Of a DNA stretch of 64,000 nucleotides, positions 48,301 to 55,400 are shown piece after piece. The stretch comes from Bacteroidales bacterium UBA1208 (GTDB taxonomy: Bacteria > Bacteroidota > Bacteroidia > Bacteroidales > P3). The notes below the pieces were generated by a model. The model was given only the letters and a program-made list of their open reading frames with translations, made no database searches and was not told where the DNA came from. Both the position numbers and the translations under genes were made by a program. Position 1 is the first letter of the stretch. Each line of letters starts with the position of its first letter. The stretch spans positions 32,096-96,095 of the forward strand of contig DBXQ01000102.1 of assembly GCA_002309955.1 (NCBI GenBank). Reading direction: 5' to 3'.

Positions 48301-50058
48301 GTGCGCAGCATCTGTGGCGCAGGCGACACGGGTGCTTGGGTCACTGGTATCTTCAATACCCTGCCTTGCAGCAATGCCGTCTATCGCGAGAACTTCGACT
48401 CCACCATTTGGGAAGAATCCCATCCGATGCTTCCTATCGGTTCCAATGTATTCGATTATAGCTTTACCCAGACCATTGTCGACTCCGCTTTCCTTGCCGG
48501 TCTTGAGGACGGCATTACCGCCTTGGCGTTCCGCCCAATCAACCATACCATGGGCGACCACCAGAACAATGTCACCGTCTATTTAGCCAATGTGCCGGAC
48601 ACCGCCTTCGGCAACGGTCCCATCGTACCCAATGCCGGATACCGCTTTGTCAAGGTAATCGACTCTGCCAATTTCAGCCATCTTGGCACCTCCGATTGGC
48701 AGTTTATTCCCTTCGACTATCCCTTCATGTGGGATGGACACCAGAATCTTCTGGTTACCGTGCTTAACGAGGATGGCGGCGGACTCCGTACTGAATATGC
48801 CAGCCACTACCGCTATTCCGATCTCCGAAACAACGTCTATCGCAGTTTCTGTTTCTATTCCGAATATCCCATCAATATCGACAGCGTCGACTCCTACACC
48901 TACCCCTATTACCAGGGTTACGGCGACTGGAACACAGGCGACCTTCGCTTCTACACCAACACCTGCGACCTACCGCTGTGTGCCACACCGGTTGTGGATA
49001 CTGTGTCCACAGGTTATGAGTCCGCCACTGTTACATGGAGCGGCTATAGTAACGACTACCAACTGACGTATCCCGGATCAGGGATTGTCTCTACCACAGG
49101 CAACAGCTATACACTTACAGGTCTCCAATCCGCCACTACCTATCAGGTGTCGCTGCGGCAGAACTGCAGTGCCGATAGCCTCGGCTTCTCCGACTGGGTC
49201 ACCGTCGAGTTCACCACCGACAGCTTCCTTTGTCCCCCTCCCGACAGCCTGACCGTTTACGATATTACCTTCAATACGGCCACATTCAACTGGCTTGCCA
49301 ACGAGGAAGATACCCTTTGGCAACTCGAAGTGTGGACTCCCGGTAACAGGCACGTCAGCTATTCTGTTGCAAGACCTCCTTTCACCATTGAAAACCTCAG
49401 CCCTGGCACCGAGTTCTACGCCTATGTCCATGGCTACTGCGGAAGCGCGAACCAGATAGCAGGCCAGTGGAGCGACACCCTCATGTTCTCCACCTCTATC
49501 TGCCACGACGTGACCAACCTGCATGCCACAGAGGTAACCCCCACCTCAATAGCCTTGGCTTGGGACTCCGTGCCCGGAGCGCAAGACTATACTGTTGAGT
49601 ACTACCCAGTGAACGACCAATCCCATGCTATTACAGTGCTATCCGTGGACACAAACTATTTTGTAGCCACCGATCTCAGCCCGCGCACTAACTATGAATT
49701 CATCGTGCGTTCGCGTTGCACTGACGATATTGTCTCTGAAGGTACAAACATCACCCTTCGCACCCTCGACGAAGTCGGGATTGCCCACACTGATTCTGCT
49801 CACCTCCGCTGCCTGCTCTCCCCCAATCCCGCCAAAGGCACTACAACTATCCGCATCCAAGGGTGGAATCCAAGCGAAGGGAACGAACTGACATTGACCG
49901 TCTCCGACCTCTCCGGCCGTGACCTCTTGAAACGTGTAGTTGAGTGCCATGGCAACTGCCGTGTCACCATCGACCTCTCCGACCTTGCCGCCGGAGCCTA
50001 CTTCGTCCGCATCAAGGGACAAAACAGCACAGCCGTAAGACGTCTGATAGTGAACTAA
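45367..50058 (+). CDS. Very large secreted protein with multiple fibronectin-III-like modules and a T9SS C-terminal domain
   Basis: Signal peptide MKSIRLFLCLTLFLSGFAWGQ. At least 7 FN3-like ends of the form (L/T)GL.P.T.Y...(V/L)R..C. The C-terminus is AGAYFVRIKGQNSTAVRRLIVN. Confidence 0.75.
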   Translation: MKSIRLFLCLTLFLSGFAWGQAPTSDTILIGDTTHMYLTPGNFRLPCVHFSTSYTQQLVQKSELNGEAMITGIDLYCGTPSSIGCPGCTIYLANTYVSSMGVGMVGFGPLFQQVLVDSLVCTQGWNHYEFDTPFHYTGLGNLIIAADCPNGWSGGNFYCDQRGILDSRYTYTRLADITPSTITTAMSGRNIMRLHTQTVSTTVPTCPAPTLRVDSLGSTAVKMIWSPGYQDTSWTVECITDGDTAWRNSGLVWGDTTYTMTGLTPNTNYTFRLTSFCTDTFSTVLKHVLTNCTPTVLPYAENLESSWSIPNCWFVAPGTEGDVPIVSSRFSHTGSHALHLKGGAVVLPEFDAAPDSLELYFWAKSNGGSNRNLYVGLVTDPLDMSSFVPLDTVSCYSSWIPVAVRTNRYSRSSGRLAIVTAGPLNTHLYIDDIEVSHIVPCEALSVATVDWKTDTAALVRWVDTVGAVYYDVAYGPTGFVPDSTTIVTDVRTDSLLLTGLTPYTQYDVYVRPECGSFTTHWSPVMTFRTFCTPLDTLPYFDNFDSYTGNPKPPAIPCWRGHAGMNTCVVTYTLSHSGSQVLRWDYEDNQYAVLPSINTAANPLRTLQLSFWACNDMYNDTDVRLLVGVMTDPDVDSTFHAIDTVTITGVDWHRYDIPLSSYTGTGAYITLRSISDSYRYAYIDDLMIDLLPPCPSVTGMAVTGLTATSVTVGWDPVSGADSGTVWQTFIDTAATATPVSDTSVLYSSAYTFSGLTTETPYYVWVRAICPKGDTSAWEGPMQVVPGIWNMRANRSDTLTMCGVTLYDDGGSNGDFTSQHSSLVILPDMPGHLVSISGYCNIGGSSSLTIYDGVGTSGRPLWVRTLNYSSAINLGPIISETGALTIDFDGYTPFSMYYEGFELQVSCVPDTCIIHQLMLNPTVPASDSTLALTWQCNGASSYEVEYGSVGFTPGTGTSVSTATNSLAIIGLTSLARCEVHVRSICGAGDTGAWVTGIFNTLPCSNAVYRENFDSTIWEESHPMLPIGSNVFDYSFTQTIVDSAFLAGLEDGITALAFRPINHTMGDHQNNVTVYLANVPDTAFGNGPIVPNAGYRFVKVIDSANFSHLGTSDWQFIPFDYPFMWDGHQNLLVTVLNEDGGGLRTEYASHYRYSDLRNNVYRSFCFYSEYPINIDSVDSYTYPYYQGYGDWNTGDLRFYTNTCDLPLCATPVVDTVSTGYESATVTWSGYSNDYQLTYPGSGIVSTTGNSYTLTGLQSATTYQVSLRQNCSADSLGFSDWVTVEFTTDSFLCPPPDSLTVYDITFNTATFNWLANEEDTLWQLEVWTPGNRHVSYSVARPPFTIENLSPGTEFYAYVHGYCGSANQIAGQWSDTLMFSTSICHDVTNLHATEVTPTSIALAWDSVPGAQDYTVEYYPVNDQSHAITVLSVDTNYFVATDLSPRTNYEFIVRSRCTDDIVSEGTNITLRTLDEVGIAHTDSAHLRCLLSPNPAKGTTTIRIQGWNPSEGNELTLTVSDLSGRDLLKRVVECHGNCRVTIDLSDLAAGAYFVRIKGQNSTAVRRLIVN

Positions 50059-50088
50059 ACAATCGAAGAAACCTTGTCGTAACCGACA

Positions 50089-50136
50089 AAGGGGCTGTGG
50101 CCACAGAGGTGCAAAACCTCCAGGCTACAGCCCCTT
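50089..50136 (+). terminator. Hairpin downstream of the FN3 gene (no clear U-tract)
   Basis: aaggggctgt / acagcccctt form a 10-bp stem around a 28-nt loop. Confidence 0.35.
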
Positions 50137-50174
50137 GCCCTGTCCCACGAGCCCTCATCCTAACCCCTCATCCC

Positions 50175-50355
50175 GCCCTTCCCTCGTTCGTTATTCCTCA
50201 GTTCTCCCATCGTTCTCCCATCGTTCTTCCTCCACAGAAGGAGAACTGAGGTAGAACTGTGGCCATAGCAAAGCCGAACGAGCGACCCAAATGCGTCAAT
50301 ACATGACGGCCTCTTTTGTGATAAAAGGACTTCTATAAATTGCCTTGTAGAGGCA
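50175..50355 (+). repeat. Dispersed repeat copy C (internally deleted)
   Basis: It contains the identical hairpin core (50196-50251) and the distal aggacttctataaattgccttg segment, but lacks the G-rich middle part. Confidence 0.5.
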
Positions 50356-50829
50356 AACTCTCAATAACCCCGCACTGCGAGTGTGGGGATTATCATGCAA
50401 GTATAACTCAGCGTGTCGGTGACATGCGCTCTCAAAATTGAATTAATACAACTTCTAATTATTCAAATAAATCATTGCAAAGCAATAAAGCAATGTTGAT
50501 TCACAGGATTTTTCTTTTTAAACACGAATTTTCATCAATATGTCATTAATTTAATGGTTATTACATGATGATTCAAGTCAACCTCATAACAATGTGGTTG
50601 GCATGTTTAGAAATCCCTTCAATAGAACCCATCATAATATTAACCATTTGCAAGTGATAGAAACAATCCCGACCTCTCCGCATCCCACGTCTCATTCCCC
50701 TCACTATAACCTCTATTTTGATAGTGTTTGTGTGAAAAAGATATATTCTAATTAGATGGTGTTCATTATATTTGTATAAAGAATCTTATCACAATTATTA
50801 AAAAAGGTGTCCGTATTGAAAAAAAAGCG

Positions 50830-50837
50830 TATATTTG
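50830..50837 (+). promoter_or_regulatory. Bacteroidota -7 promoter box upstream of the AT-rich two-gene cassette
   Basis: TATATTTG, about 205 nt upstream of the ATG at 51043. Confidence 0.4.
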
Positions 50838-50864
50838 CACCTTGTAAATGATGTAAGTATCAAT

Positions 50865-50900
50865 TTTTATAGATAGGTACAATTTTATAGATAGGTACAA
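50865..50900. repeat. Perfect 18-bp tandem duplication
   Basis: ttttatagataggtacaa occurs twice back to back (50865-50882 and 50883-50900). Confidence 0.85.
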
Positions 50901-51042
50901 GAGGAAGATATATATTTTTAACATGAATGGCGAAAAATAGGAGTACATAATTTCGCATGTAAGTAATAATTTGACATTAATAGAATGATGATACATTTGG
51001 ATATATATTATAAATCAAATAACCCACTAAAGAAGGTATAAA

Positions 51043-51525
51043 ATGTGTACAGATAATTCGCAAAAAGAAATTAATATTGCAAAAATGAGCGATGAAAAGA
51101 TTAAACATCTTGAATTTATCCAAGATGTAATCACACGTATGGCGCACAATTCTTTTATGATTAAGAACTGGTGCATAACAGTTACAGTTGCTTTGCTGGC
51201 AATTGCATCGAAGATAGACAATGTGGTTTTTGTAATAGTTTCCATATTTACAACTATTATGTTTTGGATATTAGATAGTTATTATATTCAGCAAGAGCGT
51301 AAATTTAGAGTTCTATATGATGATGCTATTGCACCAGACTTCCCTGTGTTCAAAATGAGTCCATCAAAAGAATTGTTGTCTTTGCCAAAGAACAAAAAGA
51401 ATCTTAATTTCTGGCGAGTATTCTTTTCAAAAACAATAGTGATGCTATATCCGACACTAATTGTAATGGTTCTTTTTGTTTCGAGTTTAACTAAATTTGG
51501 TATTATTCATACTGCTATTGACTAA
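51043..51525 (+). CDS. Small membrane protein, three predicted TM helices (candidate effector)
   Basis: 160 aa. An amphipathic N-terminus KIKHLEFIQDVITRMAHNSFMIKNW is followed by hydrophobic spans CITVTVALLAIASKI, VVFVIVSIFTTIMFWIL and IVMLYPTLIVMVLFVSSL. An alternative start is ATG 51085. Confidence 0.6.
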   Translation: MCTDNSQKEINIAKMSDEKIKHLEFIQDVITRMAHNSFMIKNWCITVTVALLAIASKIDNVVFVIVSIFTTIMFWILDSYYIQQERKFRVLYDDAIAPDFPVFKMSPSKELLSLPKNKKNLNFWRVFFSKTIVMLYPTLIVMVLFVSSLTKFGIIHTAID

Positions 51526-51559
51526 TAGTAATGATTCCTGTTTCAATTCTAACTAAAAA

Positions 51560-52492
51560 ATGAAATGTAATATGGAAAAAGTTTTTATTAGTTATCGTTC
51601 TACTAACGCAGAGCAACTCTTTAGAAATGGATGTCCAGTATTGCGCCAAGGTTCAACCTGTGATTGTTTAAAAGCCGAACATTGTTCAGTAGGAGATTGT
51701 GAATTTAAGAGGGTTGCTATTTTTGCTAATCGACAAAAATATGATTGTAAGGTAGTGCCACCGATGTTTATGCTTCCTCCACATACAATACTAAGTCCCA
51801 TGGGTTTCTACAAAAATTTGAGGGAGTTAAAACGACTCATTTCTGTCAGCGATATTTTTGTTAGATTTGAGATACAGGAAGATAGTTATTGGACTACCAT
51901 GGAACTGGAAATATGGAAGGTCTATTCTCATCATAATAGATTTTTCAATGTGTGGTTAGATCAAACTGGGGCTACTTCATATAATGAACAATTATTTAAA
52001 GAAATCAGTAAAGATGAAAAAAGATATTATCAGCGATTATTATTTTATACAGATGTGGATAACTGGCACACCCATGCATGGGGACGATTCTCCGATTGTT
52101 TTATAAACGTATGTCCAAATTGTGGAAAGTTGACCTTGTTTAGTGATAAGGCATTAGAGCACTTAATCTGTATTCAGGGTAAAATACATTGTACTCATTG
52201 CAATAATGCACAGTTTGAATTTACACATGTGAAAGGAGCTGGCGGTCTCGTACGATATAAATATTCGGGAGACTATCATTTTTCGAACATACTTTTTCCT
52301 GAAATTGTTAATACTATATTATTAAATTCAAAATTCGATGAGTTAAAAGACATGCACTTAATATGTATGTCTTATGAATCTTTCCCAGATAAAATCGCAA
52401 TGATTAAGGCCGGAAGTATTTTGATTGATGAGGTAAAAAAGGTATTAACTAATGGTGGTACGTTGGAATTACGAACATTTCAGGATAAATAA
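51560..52492 (+). CDS. TIR-like domain protein with Cys-rich insert and C-terminal zinc ribbon
   Basis: KVFISYRS (TIR beta-A strand) at aa 7-14. ISVSDIFV...DSYWTTMEL (S.W...EL, Glu115) lies at aa 94-116. The Cys cluster is C25/C34/C36/C42/C47. CPNC...CTHC lies at aa 186-215. The gene starts 34 nt after the TM gene. Confidence 0.6.
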   Translation: MKCNMEKVFISYRSTNAEQLFRNGCPVLRQGSTCDCLKAEHCSVGDCEFKRVAIFANRQKYDCKVVPPMFMLPPHTILSPMGFYKNLRELKRLISVSDIFVRFEIQEDSYWTTMELEIWKVYSHHNRFFNVWLDQTGATSYNEQLFKEISKDEKRYYQRLLFYTDVDNWHTHAWGRFSDCFINVCPNCGKLTLFSDKALEHLICIQGKIHCTHCNNAQFEFTHVKGAGGLVRYKYSGDYHFSNILFPEIVNTILLNSKFDELKDMHLICMSYESFPDKIAMIKAGSILIDEVKKVLTNGGTLELRTFQDK

Positions 52493-52616
52493 AGGAAGAT
52501 TCATATTTTTGTTTATTTACAATCTTATCCTAAGATTATGGAATAATGCATAACCACTTTATCAATTAAAGGAGGTGACATTATATTGTTGGATTTTTGA
52601 TACTTATTTTTTTAAG

Positions 52617-52736
52617 GTTACCTATAATATTAGAAACTTGAAAAAACAGGGTGTCTTCCGCCGTATCGAACCTAACAAAGGGGGACACTGGGAAGTGGTA
52701 ACACCCGAAACGAAAGACTATGCACTTAACAAATAA
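52617..52736 (+). pseudogene. Remnant of the C-terminus of an AlbA_2/RecG-like ATP-dependent regulator (tentative)
   Basis: An in-frame peptide ..TYNIRNLKKQGVFRRIEPNKGGHWEVVTPETKDYALNK* has no usable upstream gene body (stop at 52551-52553) and is followed by a terminator. Confidence 0.35.
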
Positions 52737-52740
52737 GTTT

Positions 52741-52779
52741 AAGCCACGGCAAGACCTTGCGTTTGTTGTGGCTTTTTTA
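52741..52779 (+). terminator. Terminator-like hairpin
   Basis: aagccac ... gtggctt stem followed by a T6 run. Confidence 0.5.
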
Positions 52780-52990
52780 TTTTTAAATGCTACCCAATTT
52801 CCTTAAAACTCATCCTCCATTCGGATATTGGCGCCATTTCTCCCTCTTCAAATTTCCTTTTGTATTTTCCTCTATCTTGACTTAGTGGGGTATCTTGGTG
52901 TTGTTAGGTCTTGTTGAGGGTGAGATTTTTAAAAAGATGTAGTTGTTTGGTTTTTGTGTATAATTAATTATTTATCAGTATTTTAAATGC

Positions 52991-53160
52991 ATTAGTGGTT
53001 GTATGAAGGGTGGGATGGGGGTAAAAAAGGCTGTGGTGGGGTTGTGTGTGGGGTGTTTTGTGTGGAGAGGGGAGTGGGTTTGGCGGATGGTTGATGTTTT
53101 GTTGCGACGATGAAGGACGGGATAGGAAGGTATAGGAGGGTTGCGGATAGATGTGGAATT
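52991..53160 (+). repeat. Extreme G+T-rich, C-depleted tract related to the G-rich part of the dispersed repeat
   Basis: I count only six C in 170 nt. It has many G3-5 runs (gggtgggatggggg, ggtggggttgtgtgtgggg, gaggggagtggg) and shares gaagggtggg / ggtggggtt with copies A and B. Confidence 0.5.
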
Positions 53161-53178
53161 GATGAAAAATAGCTGAGC

Positions 53179-53186
53179 TATCTTTG
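53179..53186 (+). promoter_or_regulatory. Bacteroidota -7 promoter box
   Basis: TATCTTTG, 138 nt upstream of the ATG at 53324. Confidence 0.45.
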
Positions 53187-53323
53187 CAGCGTCTTCGAAG
53201 GGAGGACGGAGGCTGTTGACGGTTAGCGCGCGGAACCGGGAAGCAGCGGAGTAGCCCTGAGAGGATGCGGAGTCCACTAACAAACCCGAGTAAGGAACGG
53301 GCGGACTCCGAAGAAGAAATGTT

Positions 53324-54208
53324 ATGGCTATTTTTTCAGGTATTGTCTCCCGTTTGAGAGGGAGTGTGGGTCAGTTGACTTTTGTCCGCATAGGCGGCAA
53401 GACTGTGGTCAGAGAGAAGGTTGAGAAGAAGGCGGTTCCTGTCCGCACCCGTCGACAGATGCGCCACCGTGTGATGTGGGCCAATCTGGTGAATCTGTAC
53501 CGTGCTTTCACGGGCAATCTTCATCCCAGTTTTGAGAACAAGGGTCGCGGCCGGAGTGACTACAATGAGTTTATGAGTGTGAACCTCGGTTCCAACAAGG
53601 TGGCATTGCCTGCCGACGAAGCCCGTCAGGGTGGATGTGTGGTGGCCGAATATCAGGTGACCCGTGGTTCGCTGCCCAGTGTGGGTGTGGAGATTGGCGA
53701 TGGTGGAGTGCCTGTGACTGACATCAATCTGGGCGGTCTGACCATCGGTGCGAGTACTACGCTGAAGGCGTTCAGCCAGGCTATTGTTGAGCACAATCCA
53801 GAATGGGCTCACGGTGACCAGCTGACGGTGTTTGTCGCCCATCAGTTGCAAGATTCGTTGACGAATGTGCCCCGTGTCTCGATTGAAGGGGTGGAGATTA
53901 CGCTCGACCTGTATGATGAGACCACGATTTTGGGTGATTTGGTAGATGCCAATTTCTTCAGTTCTGAAGATGGGAAACTGGCTCTTGGCGGTTCAGTGAT
54001 TGGCGGTGTGGCTGTTGTGCACAGCCGTCTTACCCAAAGCGGCACCAAGGTGTCGACCCAGTTTTTCGTGCTGAACAATCCTTTGGCTGTCAACTATCAG
54101 GGACAGGAGGCTGTTGAGGCAGCCATACAAAGCTATGGCGGATTGAATGCTGATGCGTTCTTGACACCGAATGTTGATGGTTTGGTGGCTGGTGTGACGA
54201 TGCCGTAG
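53324..54208 (+). CDS. Hypothetical protein with a basic N-terminal arm (possibly DUF6266-like, unverified)
   Basis: 294 aa, no signal peptide. The N-terminus is G.VSRLRGSVGQLTFVRIGGKTVVREKVEKKAVPVRTRRQMRHR. Its G+C is like that of the host. Confidence 0.55.
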   Translation: MAIFSGIVSRLRGSVGQLTFVRIGGKTVVREKVEKKAVPVRTRRQMRHRVMWANLVNLYRAFTGNLHPSFENKGRGRSDYNEFMSVNLGSNKVALPADEARQGGCVVAEYQVTRGSLPSVGVEIGDGGVPVTDINLGGLTIGASTTLKAFSQAIVEHNPEWAHGDQLTVFVAHQLQDSLTNVPRVSIEGVEITLDLYDETTILGDLVDANFFSSEDGKLALGGSVIGGVAVVHSRLTQSGTKVSTQFFVLNNPLAVNYQGQEAVEAAIQSYGGLNADAFLTPNVDGLVAGVTMP

Positions 54209-54223
54209 GGCGTTTGTGGCTTA

Positions 54224-54422
54224 AACCCAAATCGGTCATTAGGCCGACTATTATATTCTTTCTCGCTTTTTCAGGTCTGTTTATGCCATATCAGCATTTC
54301 TTTCGGCATCTTGGCCATATCCCTGTCTCGCCGTAGCCCGCTACGTCTTCGCCAGCGATATGGTCAATCTGCTCGAAACAAATACTAATCTGTCATAAAC
54401 CCTAATGACCGATTTGGGTTAA
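54224..54422. mobile_element. Short MITE with perfect 20-bp terminal inverted repeats
   Basis: aacccaaatcggtcattagg (54224-54243) and cctaatgaccgatttgggtt (54401-54420) are exact reverse complements. There is no ORF. The termini match copies A and B. Confidence 0.7.
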
Positions 54423-54507
54423 AGGATGGGGGTGCCCTGTTCTTCCTATCGGGAAACGCGAGAATGTGTGCTGGCTCCCCCTCCTGTTTAGCATGACAAA
54501 CCAGTGA

Positions 54508-54559
54508 CAGAATTCCAAAAGGATGGCAGGGTGCGTACTGTTGTTCTTTTGGAATTCTG
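54508..54559. terminator. Long hairpin downstream of the minus-strand operon
   Basis: cagaattccaaaag / cttttggaattctg form a 14-bp perfect stem. Confidence 0.5.
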
Positions 54560-54578
54560 TGTTTGTATTGATGCAGGT

Positions 54579-55400
54579 TTAGAATGGATTCCGGAAGCGG
54601 TAGATGCGATTGTCGGCGGGAGATGGGGTGTTGAAGCTGATGTAGATCCAGCCATCGGCTATGTCAATGCCTTCAGGTTCGAGGCCAATGGTGTTGAGGT
54701 CGAGGGTGTAGACTTCGCGGCCGGTAGCGAGATGGATGATGTGAAGCCAGTAGTTGCCTGGGCTGTCGCCATCGGGGAGATAGGCATAGCCGTTTTTGAT
54801 TTTGCTGCCTTGGGCTACTTTGACACAGTTGATGGGTATGGTTTGCAGGACATCGTCGTCGGTAAGGACAACTTCTTTGGTATGGATTCCGGGCAGACGG
54901 AATTTTTTGAGTGACATAGGACCGCCTTTCCGTCCGCCATAGGCATAGAGATAGTTGCTGTCGGCATCAAGGCACCAGTCCTGTGCGATGGGGAATGCGT
55001 CGCTGAGGTATGTGATACGTTGGACTATGGTTGAGGCAGAAGGGGAGATGCGGGTGACGAGGCAGGCTTTGTCGCCGAAGCAGCTGGAGATGTAGAGCAG
55101 GGGGTAGGGGTCGCCGTAGGGGCGGAGGGATGAGAAGGAGGCGTTGTTGCAATGGGTGGTGTTGCCTTCGAGCTGGAGGGATGCAACAGCTGTCTGTTTG
55201 GCAAGGTCGAGGATGAGACATTGCCCGCGGTCGCGAAGCATGACGGCATGGTTGCGATAGATGGCCATTCCTTGTGCGCTTCCACGCAAGTGGACAGAAT
55301 CGGGAAGCCACAGCGATAGTTGTTCCATCACAGGCTGTTGGGCTGTGACGGAAAGCGGGAAGAGCAACAGGAGGAGTGCTCGGATAGGGATGGTTTTGAT
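54579..55400 (-). CDS. Secreted hypothetical protein (last gene of the B12-regulated locus), start codon uncertain
   Basis: The ORF-track start is TTG at 55367. However, an in-frame signal peptide IKTIPIRALLLLLLFPLSVTAQQ begins at ATC 55398-55400, with no ATG or GTG available. Confidence 0.55.
   Translation of the reverse strand: MKTIPIRALLLLLFPLSVTAQQPVMEQLSLWLPDSVHLRGSAQGMAIYRNHAVMLRDRGQCLILDLAKQTAVASLQLEGNTTHCNNASFSSLRPYGDPYPLLYISSCFGDKACLVTRISPSASTIVQRITYLSDAFPIAQDWCLDADSNYLYAYGGRKGGPMSLKKFRLPGIHTKEVVLTDDDVLQTIPINCVKVAQGSKIKNGYAYLPDGDSPGNYWLHIIHLATGREVYTLDLNTIGLEPEGIDIADGWIYISFNTPSPADNRIYRFRNPF

Noticed and set aside
50766-51245. Minus-strand ORFs of 76 and 72 aa in the AT-rich island.
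   Set aside because: They are Ile/Leu/Tyr/Phe-rich products, as expected by chance in AT-rich DNA. One is antisense to the 5' end of the TM-protein gene.
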